A program made the translations under genes and the position numbers. A stretch of DNA of 64,000 nt, from positions 70,288,629 to 70,352,628 of the forward strand of contig NC_081357.1 in assembly GCF_030684315.1 (NCBI RefSeq), read 5' to 3'. This document shows, one piece after another, positions 1 through 12,605 of this stretch. The first letter of the stretch is position 1. Each line of letters starts with the position of its first letter. This DNA comes from Stegostoma tigrinum (taxonomy: Eukaryota). The notes under the pieces were generated by a model. The model made no database searches. It saw nothing but the letters and a program-made list of their open reading frames with translations, and had not been told where the DNA came from.

Positions 1-871
1 TTATAAAGCCTTCCACAAATCGTCAGTCCATCTGAAATCGATTTAACCTGTTATAAAAGCACAACTATAAAATTCAGCCTTTAGTTAAACTATATACTGG
101 ACAATTACTGTTAATCATGTTTATTATTTGCCTTGAACTTCTCAAAGCATCATTAAGGCTTGTAACATGGGAACAGATTGATATTACCAACATTATCAAA
201 CAATCTTTGCAACTGTTCATGCTTTCCAACTATCTTTCCTATCAGTACTTTCCTTCTTTGAATCTTTACATTTTAACACTTCTTTAATAAAATAAATCAA
301 ATTAGGTGAATTGAAGAGGAGATATTCACAGACATACATGGGGTGCGAAAGATCTGATCTAGGTGAATTGAAATCTGAGGCAAAACTTAAGACCAGGAGT
401 CCCAGGACAACCAGAGGTCCAAAGTGTTCCTCCACCTCTAACAATAAAAAAAATTCTAAGACCACAGCAGCCACCTCAGAAACTGCTCCTCTTCCCCACA
501 GGCTTGACCTTCAGAAACGGCTGATGTAGTAGATTTTGCTCCTAATCAGACAGCATGCTGTAGCAGAGTTGCTGGTGTTACTGAGGGTCCGGAAAAAGCT
601 TGATTATACCCAGTCCTGAAAATAGTTCTATCTGGAGTGCCATATTGGCTGACAGACCTGGACTCATGATGTGTCACTGAAGTCATCATATTCACGAATT
701 AACCCAAAACCTTCCATGGTTTCCACATGCATGCAACATTGACTGACTTTAAAGTGACTTATAGGGTTATGAATCCCTTTGAATCCCTTTCCTTGATGGC
801 TCTGACAGCTAAGGGCTGATTTTCATGTGGCTATTAGACAAGAGTTACTTCAAGAATGTCTATGATCAAGT

Positions 872-1224
872 GACGGCCAAGTGGTATTATTTCTGGGCTG
901 TTAATCCAGGGACCCAGACACTGTTTTGGGGACCAGGTTCAAATCCTGCCATGGTAAATGGTGGAATTTAATTTCAAAATATTTCTGGAATTAAGTATCT
1001 AATGATGACTGTGAATCCATTGTTGATTGTTAGGAAAACCCCTTCTGGTTCAATAATATCCTTTAGGGAAGGAAACTGCCATCCCTCATTGGTCTGGCTG
1101 ACATGTCACTCCAGACTCACAGAAATGTGGTTGACTCTTAACAGCCTGCTGGGCAATTAGGGATGGGTAATAAATGCTGCCTGGCCAGCAATGACCCCAT
1201 CCCATGAATAAATAAAGAAAAAAA
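872..1224 (+). mobile_element. tRNA-derived SINE (called family B here), near full length
   Basis: B-box GGTTCAAATCC, body shared with three other copies in the window, tail GGGCAATTAGGGATGGGTAATAAATGCTG...CATCCCATGAAT followed by an A-run. Confidence 0.85.
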
Positions 1225-1478
1225 TGCTTGTTGTCTCTTACCTTAATTCTGTGATTTTATGGACTAATGTTTTGTTTGATTACACTCATGCACATTTTGG
1301 GGTGTTATCCACCTCAAAGGTGTTTCTTGAATACAAGCTGTTGTGGTTGAGAAGCTAACACTAATAATGTAGGAGCAAAACATTTACTGCCCTGCTTCAT
1401 CTCACATCTATGTCAGGGCCAACAGCTTTTCATTGTAACCCCAGGTACACGTTGGATGTAAGCAGAGCCTTCACTTAC

Positions 1479-1681
1479 ACACACAAGCAGAGGCCATATA
1501 CAATCCTAAGATTCCAGTGCAATTTTGCAATGTCAAATGAGCTTTGATCATTTTCCACATTTATGCAGCAATTTGGGGTTTCTGTCAATGTTATGCCCAC
1601 AGACCGAAGACAGTGTTCCTCTCCCGGGTGTAATTTCCCAAAGTGGCATGTTGAAAAACAGATATCCCTTTCATGGTATAT
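1479..1681 (-). other. Candidate internal exon of an unidentified minus-strand transcript
   Basis: On the minus strand: acceptor TTGTTATCTCTCCAG, 203 nt, then donor GTAAGTGA. One frame is open throughout (IYHERDICFSTCHFGKLHPG...VYGLCLC). No protein family recognised. Confidence 0.35.
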
Positions 1682-2262
1682 CTGGAGAGATAACAATCCC
1701 TAAAAGACACCTTCAAGAATCAATACAAAATAAGCATATATCCATGAATGATGCTGAGGAAGAATTTCAAATCAAATTGTTCAATCTATAACACATGCTG
1801 AAGCCTACAAGACACATGCTACAACGGGTGCATGTTCAGTATGAGATAATGCACAATAGTCAGACAATGTGAACTAATGTACAGAGTCATGAAATTGACT
1901 TTCAAAAATGGAAAGAAGGAGTATTTAAATGAAAATATTCAAGATTTACTGGAAGTACTATGTTGGGCTAGCAATGTTATATGAATATTGAAGAATGTGC
2001 TTCTACATGCATTAGTTAAAGGGTAATTTTAAGATTGTATAACTAACTGGTTAGCCAAAATACAAGATATTGACCTGGGTTTTGCAGTGAGCAATGAAAC
2101 AATGACACTCCTTGCTTACATCATGGAAAGCACCTTACACAGATCCAGCAAACTTTGTCACCCAGACTTCCCCTTTGCCTTTAGCAATTTCAATTTCTTG
2201 CCAAGTTAAGGACACCACAGGCAATACAGCAACAGTAGTATAAGCAAGTATCCAATCAGTTT

Positions 2263-2433
2263 GAGATAACACAGTATGGAGCTGGAGGAACACAGCAGGC
2301 CAGACAGCATCCGAGAAGCAAGAAAGTTGACGCTTCGGGTCAGGTTGGGACCTGATGCTGCCTGGCCTACTGTGTTCCTCCAGCTCCACACTGTGTTATC
2401 TCTGACTCCAGCATCTGCAGTTCTTACTATCTC
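2263..2433 (+). mobile_element. PLE-end-derived fold-back mini-element (family 1)
   Basis: Inverted arms GAGATAACACAG...CTGTGTTATCTC plus a 31-nt tail TGACTCCAGCATCTGCAGTTCTTACTATCTC. Flanked by TCCAATCAGTTTGA (2251-2264) and TCCAATCAGATTGA (2432-2445). Confidence 0.85.
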
Positions 2434-4569
2434 CAATCAGATTGAAGTGTTTTCATGGGAGGCCAACCAGAAAATTACAAGCACTGACACCATTTCACTT
2501 TTAATTTAAAATTGAAGAATGCAAAATAACTGTTCTTTGATTTTTCAGAAATAAAATCTAAAATAAAAATAAACAATATTTTAGAGAAAACTATTGCAAA
2601 AGCATGCGGAATTTTTTTTCACATTGGAAACAACTGACATTCTGCGAATATAATAATAGTTTTCTAAGGCAGTATTTAACTCTAATTATTAGGTCACTCA
2701 GGCGCGCCATTTTAAAAAAAAGTTACACCTCATTCAACAACATGTGAATGCAAGTGTTCATCAGTTCATGGGTTTACTATAGTTTGGCGTCTGGGTGACC
2801 TCAACCGCGCACCTTCTCAAGTGCTGTAGTATTACTGACCGTAGCTTCAACTTTTCTATAATGTATTGTGGATATACAGATGCTCAAAGTTGTGACTGTC
2901 AAAGTTTCCATTACCTTCAGTGCGGTAAAGATAGTTAATGCTGAGTTTTGCTGTCAATGCAAAATCTGGGCCATTACCTTGTAAAACAGTATGCTGAATG
3001 TGTAGAGAAAACAGCGGTAAAGACATTCCAGAAATTAGATTTTCAGGTTACAAACAAGGATTTAGAAATTCTAATTGATTTTTCAGGGAAGAGGTTTCAG
3101 AAATTGTATGACTGAGGTCATAAGTAGTTGATTGTATGATAATATTTGCATTACTTCAACGCAAGTTCAAATTTGCAGCAATGCAAACTATGAAGCCATG
3201 TGTCAAGAACATTTCAGTACTTTGATACCTTGAGGTGGTTTGCTCATCCCATTTCATCTTCATAAGAAGCAGATACATGAGGTGGACCATAGAATACCTA
3301 GAAAATTCATGAATTTTATTTTATTATATTAACAAGGAGCCCATTTGTCAATTTGCAAAACGTTGTGTCCTCTAAACCAAGGTCTGTTAGCTCTCTGCTA
3401 GAAGCTATGGGTTCAAGTTTCAGTCCAAGACTGTAAGGAGCATTATCATGCGGTCAAGCTGGTTGATAATCAATCTGCTAAATCTTTTAGTATGCCATGA
3501 GAGACAGTAAGAGCTGACAATGCACCTTGCCATATCTAAATATGGCACAAACCTCTAATAAAAATGTACGGGGACTCTATATCACTGAATGAACGCAACA
3601 GAAGATACTCACAAGATAGCCTTTTGATAAAAAAGGTGAAATTAAATTAGTAGAAGCACCTTCTGTGACATAATAGAACATTCAGAGAAAGAACGTAACC
3701 ATCTCAACAAAGAAGGCGGTGGGCAATATACATGTTAATGCTGGTGACATATAGCTATGAAGTATGGGCGTTAGGTAAGAAACAAGAGATTGAATCAATG
3801 GGTTCGAAATATGGTGTTACAGAAGAATGTTAAAAGTCAATTGGTAGAGTAAGCGATAATGTTGTTTTGGTTTGAATGAAAGAAAGACAAACTTGTTGAA
3901 GAGCAGCACTGAAATTTGTCATTGCTTGGGATGCAGCTGGAGGATCGAATTGCAAAGTATTAATCAACATCATAGATGTTTACTTTGAGGGTAAAAGAGT
4001 GCAAAGATGACAGAGACGAATGTAGATGGATAACATGAAGTCCTAATGGAAGGACTACCGGAGATAGAGATACGTGACAAGCCATGACCAGCAATCTTTG
4101 GACGACCAAAGATACTACATGAATGGAAGCAAAAGGCAGGCAACAATAAAGCACTGAGGCAATGTTCTTGTTCTATCATTCTTGCATTGTTGTTAGCATG
4201 ATTATGCAAAGTACAGATTAACTATTGTTGAATTCCATCAGACAGTTTTATAGCTGGTACTTTCATGGACTGAAACAGTCTTGATGAGGAACCAATACAT
4301 TCACTGGGGTTAGTGAGTAATAAAATTGCTCTTTCTTTCATTTGAGAAAACTTTGTGATTGGTTTCTTAAGGGTTACAGTAAAAATATTTTACTTTTAAT
4401 TTGGAAAAGGTTTTAGAGGCCTTCATTTGTTAGTTCAGAACTTGAATATTCTGTCAAGAGACATTTTGTTGGAAGTTTTCCATCATGCAGTTTTATGTCC
4501 ATCTCTAAGAATACCAATTTAAAAGGCAAATCAACATTATTCCTGTTTCAGAGGAGAGTGATGATTACT

Positions 4570-4862
4570 TGGTATGAGGACCCTGATTGTAAGCATTAAC
4601 CACATTGCTGAGTCTGGAATCACATGTATACCAGACTGGGCAAGGATTCTCTAAAGGGAATTACTGAACCAGATGTTTTTTCAAACAATTGATGACAGTT
4701 TCATAGCCACCATTACTGTGGTTAGCATTCAATTCCAAAATTATTAATTGATTTTAGATTCTACCAGTGCCATTATGACATTTGAACCTATGTACTCAGA
4801 AATAAGTCTGGGCCAATAGATTACAGGTTCAGTTGGTGTGCCACTACACAACTAATGTCCCA
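4570..4862 (-). mobile_element. tRNA-derived SINE family B, diverged copy
   Basis: CCACATTGCTGAGTCTGGAATCACATGTATACCAGACTGGG...ATTTGAACC aligns by eye with the other family-B copies. Confidence 0.7.
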
Positions 4863-5699
4863 TGATAGTGGTAAACACGGAGTATCAAATTTTAGCTGCC
4901 ACCATCCGATTATTATACTTGAGATCTTACATGGACTTTTTCTTCAGTCAAAGAACAAATACTAAACCAACACAGCAATTGTGATTACCTGACCACAAAT
5001 TAAGGCAACTCAAGACAAATGGATTGGAATAAATAAAACTATCTGCACAGAAATTACCATTTTACCTAAAGACATCAAAAACAAGCAACTGAGTTATAGT
5101 GAAGAAATTTGCATCCTCTGTTTCAGTTCACACTGGTATAATAAATGCTCATGTTGGACATGAAAGGTTTCCGGCAACCATTCAGTTTTGAAAGATAATG
5201 GAGCCAGACATAGGAGTATACAAATAAACCATATTTCAGTAGCAGTTTCTGGGAAGCTGAGAAAGAGCGCGAAAACTTAATTTGTAGCTGCAAGAACTAG
5301 AAATCTTTGTCTCACTTGTTTTTTTCTCTCAGACTCTCAAAAGACAATGTCCAATGTATTTCATCAAGAAGTAAAAATAGCCCTCTACAACTGAACTACA
5401 GAGTCTGGTTACAAATCGAACAGCTTGAAGACTCCAAGGACTTTTAACCTATATATTCTTTATTTTTTCCTGTCTGTACCAGACTGTCCCTTTTTAAAAT
5501 TATTACCTGTTCTTGTGTGTGCATCTGATGTTTTATATTTCTTGAGGTTAAGAGATAATGAAAATCCTCTTTCATTTACTCAAGAGGCTGAAATTGCCTC
5601 CCTAATTTTTAGTACTACATTTTAAGTGTGACAGCTGTACATTAAAATGAAATTTAAGCATTTGTTGTGACCAGCTGAAAGGGATTCAAAACAAGGGAG

Positions 5700-6230
5700 C
5701 TGAATTATCCTTCCTCACCTGATCATAACACTTCTCAACACAAGCCTGAATGTTATCCAGTTCTTGCTGTATATGAAAATGAAGTTCTTCAATATCTGAG
5801 AATGCACAAATCTGGCTGAATTCTGTTCAATCATCGGTGCACCTCCCCAGTTCCAACCTTATGACAGTGAAAAAGTAATTGATGAAGCAGCTGAAGATGT
5901 TTGGGTTTAGGGCAGTATGTTATGATAAATCTATAGAGACATCCTGAGCCTGAGATAACTTAGTTATAGTCGGTCTTGTTCAGTAGGACTCTAATCAGTG
6001 AATCGTTTTCCTCATAATTCACCTTGATTTTAACATTGCCAGGACTCCGTTGTTATCAGCGGACCCAAACCAGAAATGTTCACCAGCATGTTAAGGTGCC
6101 AGATGTGACACACCAAATCATTAAACTCTTGGGTGAAGTGACAGGAAAATTTCCAGAGAACAGAAACTGAGGGTCACTGAGCAGGTTATTGCTGCCTACG
6201 TGCTCCTTGATAGCTCTGACAATGACAGCT
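5700..6230 (-). mobile_element. LINE RT fragment, same family as 40905-41785
   Basis: CCTGAATGTTATCCAGTTCTTGCTG resembles 41698-41722; TTGATGAAGCAGCTGAAGATG reads IFSCFIN on the minus strand. Confidence 0.65.
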
Positions 6231-7004
6231 TTTAATAAACTGTCACAACCCTGGCTTTAGTCTGTTCAGAATGCACACCCAAAGCTATGTCCTAATGATA
6301 TGATAATAGGGGCGTAAAGTAAACTTAAAAAGTTCTCTTCCACAAAGCAATATGTATGTAGAATAAGTTTCAATCATAAGAGTTCAAACTCCACTAGAAT
6401 CATACATTATGTGAGCTGTGAAATATATATTTATGACTTCTTTTATATGCATATAGATCAGTAGATACAACAGTGAACAAATATCCTGCTGCTTACACTG
6501 AATAAGAAATTTCAAACTGCTTGTTTTTGGCTTGTGGTCCCTCAACTCCTTTAGGTCATAAAAGAAGAGTGAATTTCACAACATGTTACTTATAGCAGCT
6601 TACAGAATGTAGCACACGTTTAAGATTTGTGATACATTCAAATAAAGAGAGTGCAAAAAATTAAAACAGTTACAGAGTTTTGTAAGATATATGTTGGGAG
6701 AGTGAGTTTTTTTTGTAGTAGTTCCTGGAAAATTTGATTCCTTGTGATATCAGAAATAATTAGAAGCTTTTTGTGTGTGTGAATTAAATTTAAGGGGTGA
6801 CTTATGCTGTATACCAGATTTATGTATGACTATATTGCTACTTTATCGACACGGGTGGTTTGAAGTGTAGAATATGGTTGCAATGCTTGTAGCAATAATA
6901 TATTTTATAGGGACCCCGCTATTGAAATGTATCCTGAGTAGGCAAATCCTGCAGTCAATTCACGGTAACTTGCTGAAGGGTGTCCTTGGAGATAGCCACT
7001 TACC

Positions 7005-7308
7005 ACAGAATTCCTACAATGTACAAGTAGGCCATTTGACCCATCCAGTCTACGCGGACTTTCTGAACAGCATCCAACCCAGGCCCAACGCCATTACGCT
7101 ATGACCCTACATTTCCCATGGCTAATCCACATAACCTGCACATCCTCTCTGGACTGTGAGAGGAAGCCAGAGCACCCAGAGGAAACCCACGCAGTCACAG
7201 GGAAGAATGTGCAAACTCTGCATAGACCTCCACCCGAAGCTGGGATCAAATCCATATCCCTGGTGCTCTCAGACAACTGTGCTAACCACAGAGCCACTGT
7301 GCCGCCCC
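7005..7308 (-). mobile_element. HE1-like V-SINE
   Basis: Reverse complement shows a GGCGGCACAGTGGCTC tRNA-like head, the V-domain (GAGTTTGCACATTCT...GCGTGGGTTTCCTCTGGGTGCTCTGG) and a CR1-type tail. Confidence 0.85.
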
Positions 7309-7804
7309 AGTTACTTGCTCTTGAGAATCAGTGCAGCATTTAACAGCTAGCACGGATTCCTGGTTCTGACACCAAGAATGTTTATGGGAAGCTCACTCCC
7401 TGCTCCCAACAACGGTGCCGCAGTCCTTTGACATATATTGGGCTGTCCCCTGTTGGCCATCTATTTGGATGGAAGCTGGGCGGCTCCAGCTGTGTCACTG
7501 AGTGGTGCATCAAATCCTCCTAAAGAAACACAGCCGGATGCAAGGCAAGTCTTGGAGTCAAAAACAGAAGTTGTAGCATTTGTGAAGAGAAATCAGGCTG
7601 AACCTTTCGGGTCGAGTGACCGTACCTAAGAACTTTCTTAGAAGTCTTGGGGTCTCTCCGCAGGATTGCGAGCAGCACGGCTGCGGGGGGCGAGTTGAAC
7701 AGGGCATGACTGAGAAAGGAGGTTCATCAAGGATGCACCTTCTTCCTACCTGTTCGCAGCCCTGGCCCTCTCCAAAACCTGGCTGGATGTTTGGTAAAAG
7801 CACA

Positions 7805-7875
7805 CAATTAGTAATTGGCTGCTGAGACGTCTCAGTAAAGAGAGATTTAGGCTGTGCCTCCGCCCTCTATAAAAC
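7805..7875 (+). promoter_or_regulatory. Core-promoter-like motif cluster within a second CpG-retaining region (~7400-8640)
   Basis: In order: reverse CCAAT (ATTGG ~7814), perfect 14-bp palindrome CTGAGACGTCTCAG (7822-7835), GC box CTCCGCCC (7858-7865), TATAAAA (7868-7874). Confidence 0.45.
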
Positions 7876-8784
7876 CACAGCAAGATCTGGGGGATGGGAG
7901 GGAGGAGTAGGGGGAAAGTCACCTACGGAATATTCTACAAGAATATCCCTCATCTGCAAACTCTACCTTAGAATCATCCCTGCACAGAAACGGAGTCAGT
8001 CTCACTCTTTCACAAGTATTTTAGGTAGCCTGCTTTATTAAAAAAAATTCCTTCTGTTTTTGATTCAAGTAGTCACGTTATCAGGCTGGAAGAAGTGCAG
8101 GAATTGACATGATCATTTGCATTAAATAAAAAAAAATCATATTGTTAAAAAGTTTGAGATTTTGGTTTCAAACGTGAGATTTTCTGCAACTGTATTTTGA
8201 ACAGATTCCGATCACACGCAAGTCTTTAAAAAACACTAAAGAAGTATTAGGAATGTAGGTTACGGATTTTCTGTCGGAGGGTGCAGTCTAATAAGCCCTT
8301 TCTGTTCCAATCACACTGATCGTTCTGAAGCAGTCGTGAGGTCAGCAGATCAGAGTTCAAAAGGAGAGTTCGGAATGTTCACAGAGTGGCCACACCCACC
8401 AGTAATCAACGTCCAAAGGTGCCAAGTTGCGAATTCGCAGTGAATTGCTCTGTAAAATCTCTGCATATTCCTGAAAAATCGACTCCAGGGTTGAGAGTAT
8501 TCCTAGCAGATAGTCTCGGTGGAGCCGGCTTTCAGAGTACTTCGCCACCATAGCAAAATTAATGTGAGACATCGAGATAATTGACAGAGTAACTGATTGC
8601 ATGTGAAATAAACCGACCAGAGTACAAAAGACGTCCCGGAATTTTATGTCATTAAAGCAGGAAGTTTGTAATTAATGTTCGCAAATTTCCATTTCAGAAT
8701 CTGAGCAGTGTCTGGAGTTGAACTCACCTCTGGATGCTGTTCTATCTAGATTGAAACAGTGCATATTAGTGCAAGTCGTTAAAG

Positions 8785-9070
8785 TCATAGTCACAGTCAT
8801 ATAGCATGGAAGCAGACCCTTCGGTCCAACACTGACAATGTTCTCAAATCTGCCTGCATTTGGCCCATATCCCTCCAAACCTTTCCTATTCATGCACTTA
8901 TCCAAATGTCTTAAATGTTGTAAGGAACCTGCATCCACCACATCCTCTGGCAGTTCATTCCATTATAGGTACACTCCCTATGTAAAAAAAGTTGCCCCTT
9001 GGGTCTTAATAAATCTTTCTGCTCTCACCCCTAGTTTTGAACTCCCTCACCCTAGGGAAAAGACCCTCAC
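8785..9070 (-). mobile_element. CR1 LINE 3' end
   Basis: Reverse complement of the CR1 ORF2 end and tail (HLDKCMNRKGLEGYGPNAGR; GGACCGAAGGGTCTGCTTCCATGCTATATGACT). Confidence 0.85.
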
Positions 9071-10129
9071 AGTTTGCGGAATCTACATGGATTGGAAAGT
9101 GAGTTCTGACATGCTCTCTTTGATGCACAGTAAAGAGCTTGTCAGATTAAAAAGAATTATTCCTGGATTAAAATAGAGAGAAAAGACTTTGGTAGGAAGA
9201 CATCATTCATAACTTCAGGGGCTACAATTTTCTTTGGGCCAACATTTCTTGCGTTACAATTCTGCTTGTAACACTCAAGTTGCACCCACTAGTATTCCTG
9301 CAGCATTACCTCGGAGGGTGTGTACAGGAAAAGCATCAGAAAGATGAGTTCCTTACATTGCAGTGAAGTATCTCATCTTGACTGAGAAACCTCCACCTAC
9401 TGCTGGAATCCCCAACACTGCATAAATAAACTAAAAGCTTGGTCAATCTAGGGTCTGTCTTCATTTATTATTCAGTCTAAACATCCAGAAAATATTCTGA
9501 GTTTACACCCATTCTCCAGGAACTTTAGTTCTTCCTAAGCAGGAATAATATCCTTGTAATGAGCATTGACTTTCAGTTGCAATAAGGGCAAGGTACAAGC
9601 TGTAGCCAAGTTTGTCTTTTTTTTACATTTACACTAGAAGCTGCTGTGACTGATTCGACATGACTCATTGATCCATTGGGAAATGTTGTTAGACAGGAGA
9701 TTGCTTTGGTTTCCAGGCAGTGTTTTATCTTTAATTGATAAGAAATCACAAGTCAAGTCATGTGCTAAAAAATGAAAATGGTCAACCTGGCATGGATATG
9801 GAGAAGTCTCTTGCTGTTAAAATCTACTTGCTGTTTTATTTGTAGCTTTGGATCATTTTATGACAGTAATAGAGATGAGTCTTTCTATTTGAAATGAAGT
9901 ATACAGATGGAAAAATAATCAACATATCGAGTTGATCCGAACGGCCAGAAAGCTATTACAATCTCCACTTTAAAACCCAAAAGAGATGCCAGGAAACAGC
10001 AGTGGAGAAAGGGAAGAATATTTAATTATTTAACTAAGCAATAATCAATTAAAAGATTTTGTGATGGGGAAAGCAAAATACAGGAACATTGAAATAAAAA
10101 GACAAAATTCCAGAAATGCTTAGCAACAA

Positions 10130-10370
10130 TAACAGAAAAATCTGGAAAATCTCAGCAGGTCTGGCAGTATCTACGGAAAGAAATCAGAGTTAACATTTCA
10201 GATCTAGTGACCCTTCTTCAGAACTACAGAACTCCAGAACCGAGGAAGGATCACTCGACCTGAAATTTTAACTCTTATTTCTCTCCACAGATGCTGCCAG
10301 ACCCGCTGAGCTTTTCTAGAATTTCTGTTTTTATTTCTGGTTTACAGCATCCACAGTTTTTCAGTTTTTA
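10130..10370 (+). mobile_element. PLE-type fold-back mini-element (family 2)
   Basis: Inverted arms (CTCAGCAGGTCTGGCAG.../...CTGCCAGACCCGCTGAG) meet at two opposed hammerhead motifs, followed by a tail containing CAGCATCCACAG. Confidence 0.8.
10188..10225 (-). ncRNA. Minimal hammerhead ribozyme motif (mini-element family 2)
   Basis: Minus strand reads AGTT-CTGAAGA-AGGGTCACTAGATCT-GAAA-TG-TT-AACT: stem I AGTT/AACT with both cores intact. Confidence 0.65.
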
Positions 10371-11154
10371 TTGCAATTTATAACATGCATTATTGTTCTG
10401 CTAAGATCTTTGCAAGGCTATAAAAAATAATTAACAGTGTAGAGATATAAAAAATTGGATCAGCAGTAAAATCATCTGGCATGTTGAGTCTGCCAGGCCA
10501 GTCAAGATTGTGGCTGATTTAATTTGGCTTTTGCTCCACTTTCCTACCAGCTACTTATAACCCTTGTCAATCATACATTCTGTCTAACTCAAGCTTTGAA
10601 TATATTCAATGACCCAGTGTTCACTGCTCACTGGGAGATAGAATTCTAAACACTATAGTCCTCTAATGGAAGAAATTCTTCCCTAGCTCCACCTTAAATG
10701 GCAGGCCCTCTAATTTAAAACTGTGGCCACTAGTTTTAAATTCCCAATGATGGGAAAAATCCTCTCAGACTCTACACAGTCAGGCCTCCTGAGAATCCTG
10801 TACGTTTCAATAAGAGATCACATCTCATCCTTCTGAATCCCAATGTGAATTGGCCCAAACTGCTCAACCTTTCCTCATATGGCAACACTTTTGTCCAAGG
10901 AATCAGTCTAGTGAATCATCCCTGAACTGCTTCTAATGTACGTATGTTTGTCCTTAAGTAAGGTGACCAAAACTACATGGCATGTTCTCAACAATACCAT
11001 ATACAGATACAGGATGTGGCAACTCTTCCCTACTTTTATACTTCATTCTTCTTTCATAAAAGCCAACATTCCAATTGCTTTTTTAATTACATGCTGTACA
11101 TGCATTGTGATTTGCTGTGTTTCATGTACAAGGACACCCAGTTCCCTCTGTTCT

Positions 11155-11965
11155 AATGGGCCAAGGAGTGACAGATGGAGTTTAATTTAGGTAAAATGTG
11201 AGGTGTTGCACTTTGGTAAGGCAAACCAGGGCAGGACTTATGCGGTTAATGGAAGGTCCATGGGGAATGTTGCTGAACAAAGAGACATAGGAGTGCAGGT
11301 GCATAGTTAGTTGAAAGTGTAGTCACAGGTAGACAGGGTGGTGAAGAAGGCAAATGGCACGTTTACCTTCATTGGTCAGACATTGAGTACAGGAGGTGGT
11401 ATGTCATGTTGCGACTGCACAGGACATTAGTGAGACCATTTTTAGAATACTCCTTATAATTTTGGTTGCCCTTCTGGAGGAATTATATTGTTAAACTTGA
11501 GAGGGTGCAGAAAAGATTTACAAATATGTTGCTGGGATTGGACGGTTTGATTTATTGGGGGAGGCTGAATAGGCTGGTGCTATTTTCCCAGGAGCTTCAG
11601 AGACTGAGGGGTGACCTTAAAGAGGTTTATAACGTCATGAGGGGCTTGAATAGGTGAATATCTATGGTCTTTTCCTCAAGGGGTGCTCAAAACTAGAGGG
11701 CATAGGTTTAAGATTTAAAAAGGACCTGAGGAGTAACTTTTTTCATGCAGAAGTTTGTGTGTGTATGGAAGGAGCTGCCAGAGGAACTGGTGGAGACAGG
11801 TACAATTGCAACACTCAAGAGGGATCTGTATGGGTAAATCAATAGGAATTATTTAGAGGGTTGTGGGCCAAATGCTGGCAAATGGGATTAGGCCAGATTA
11901 GAATGTTTGGTCAGCATGGATGAGTTGACCGAAGGGTCAATTTGTATGACTCAAAGATTCTATGA
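11155..11965 (+). mobile_element. CR1 LINE 3' portion nested in an older CR1
   Basis: KCEVLHFG, LVRPFLEY, IVKLERVQKRFT, RLRGDLKEVY and tail GACCGAAGGG...TATGACTC...TTCTATGA. Confidence 0.9.
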
Positions 11966-12477
11966 CATAGCATTTAAATAATAATGTCATTCTTCTCTTC
12001 CTGCCAAATGGTTAATCTCACATTTCCCACACTATATTCCATTTTCAATTGTTTGCACACTCACTTAATCTATCTATATCCCCTTGCAGAATCTTTGTAA
12101 CCTTCTCAAAAGTCACTTTCCTATCTCACCAGCACATTTGGTTACAATACAGTCTATCTCATCATTCTTTCATTTATAGCATAGATATTTGAGACCCCAA
12201 CAATGACACCTGTGGCCCTCCACTAGTTGTAGTTTGTCACTCTGAAAATGATCTTTTAATTATGATTGTTTCTAGTTCACTAGCCAATCTTTTATTCATA
12301 AAATATTGCACACAATACCCTAAAGTCTTATCTTGGCACAGTGACATTTTATTGATTGCCTTTTGGAAATCTAAATGTACTGCATCTACCAGTTCTTCTC
12401 TATCAAATCTACTTTTTACATCCTCAAATTTGCCAAATGCTATTTCCCTTTACAGAACCATGCTGCCTCTGCCTGCA

Positions 12478-12605
12478 AAGGCAAGGCATTCCAGGTGCTG
12501 CTAGTCTGAAATAAGAGCAAAAACAAAGCTGGAAAAATTCAATGAGGTCAAGCAGCATTCGTAAAGACAAAGAGTTAACATTTTGAGCCAGTGGCGTTTC
12601 TGAAA
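12478..12605 (-). mobile_element. PLE-type mini-element (family 2), diverged, inside a CR1 fragment
   Basis: GGTGCTGCTAGTCTGAAATAAG...GCTGGAAAAATTC...GCAGCATTC...AGAGTTAACATTTTGAG resembles the other family-2 copies. Confidence 0.55.

Noticed and set aside
2135-2509. Two opposite-strand ORFs both starting MELEEHSRP
   Set aside because: Artefact of the fold-back mini-element, not a gene pair.
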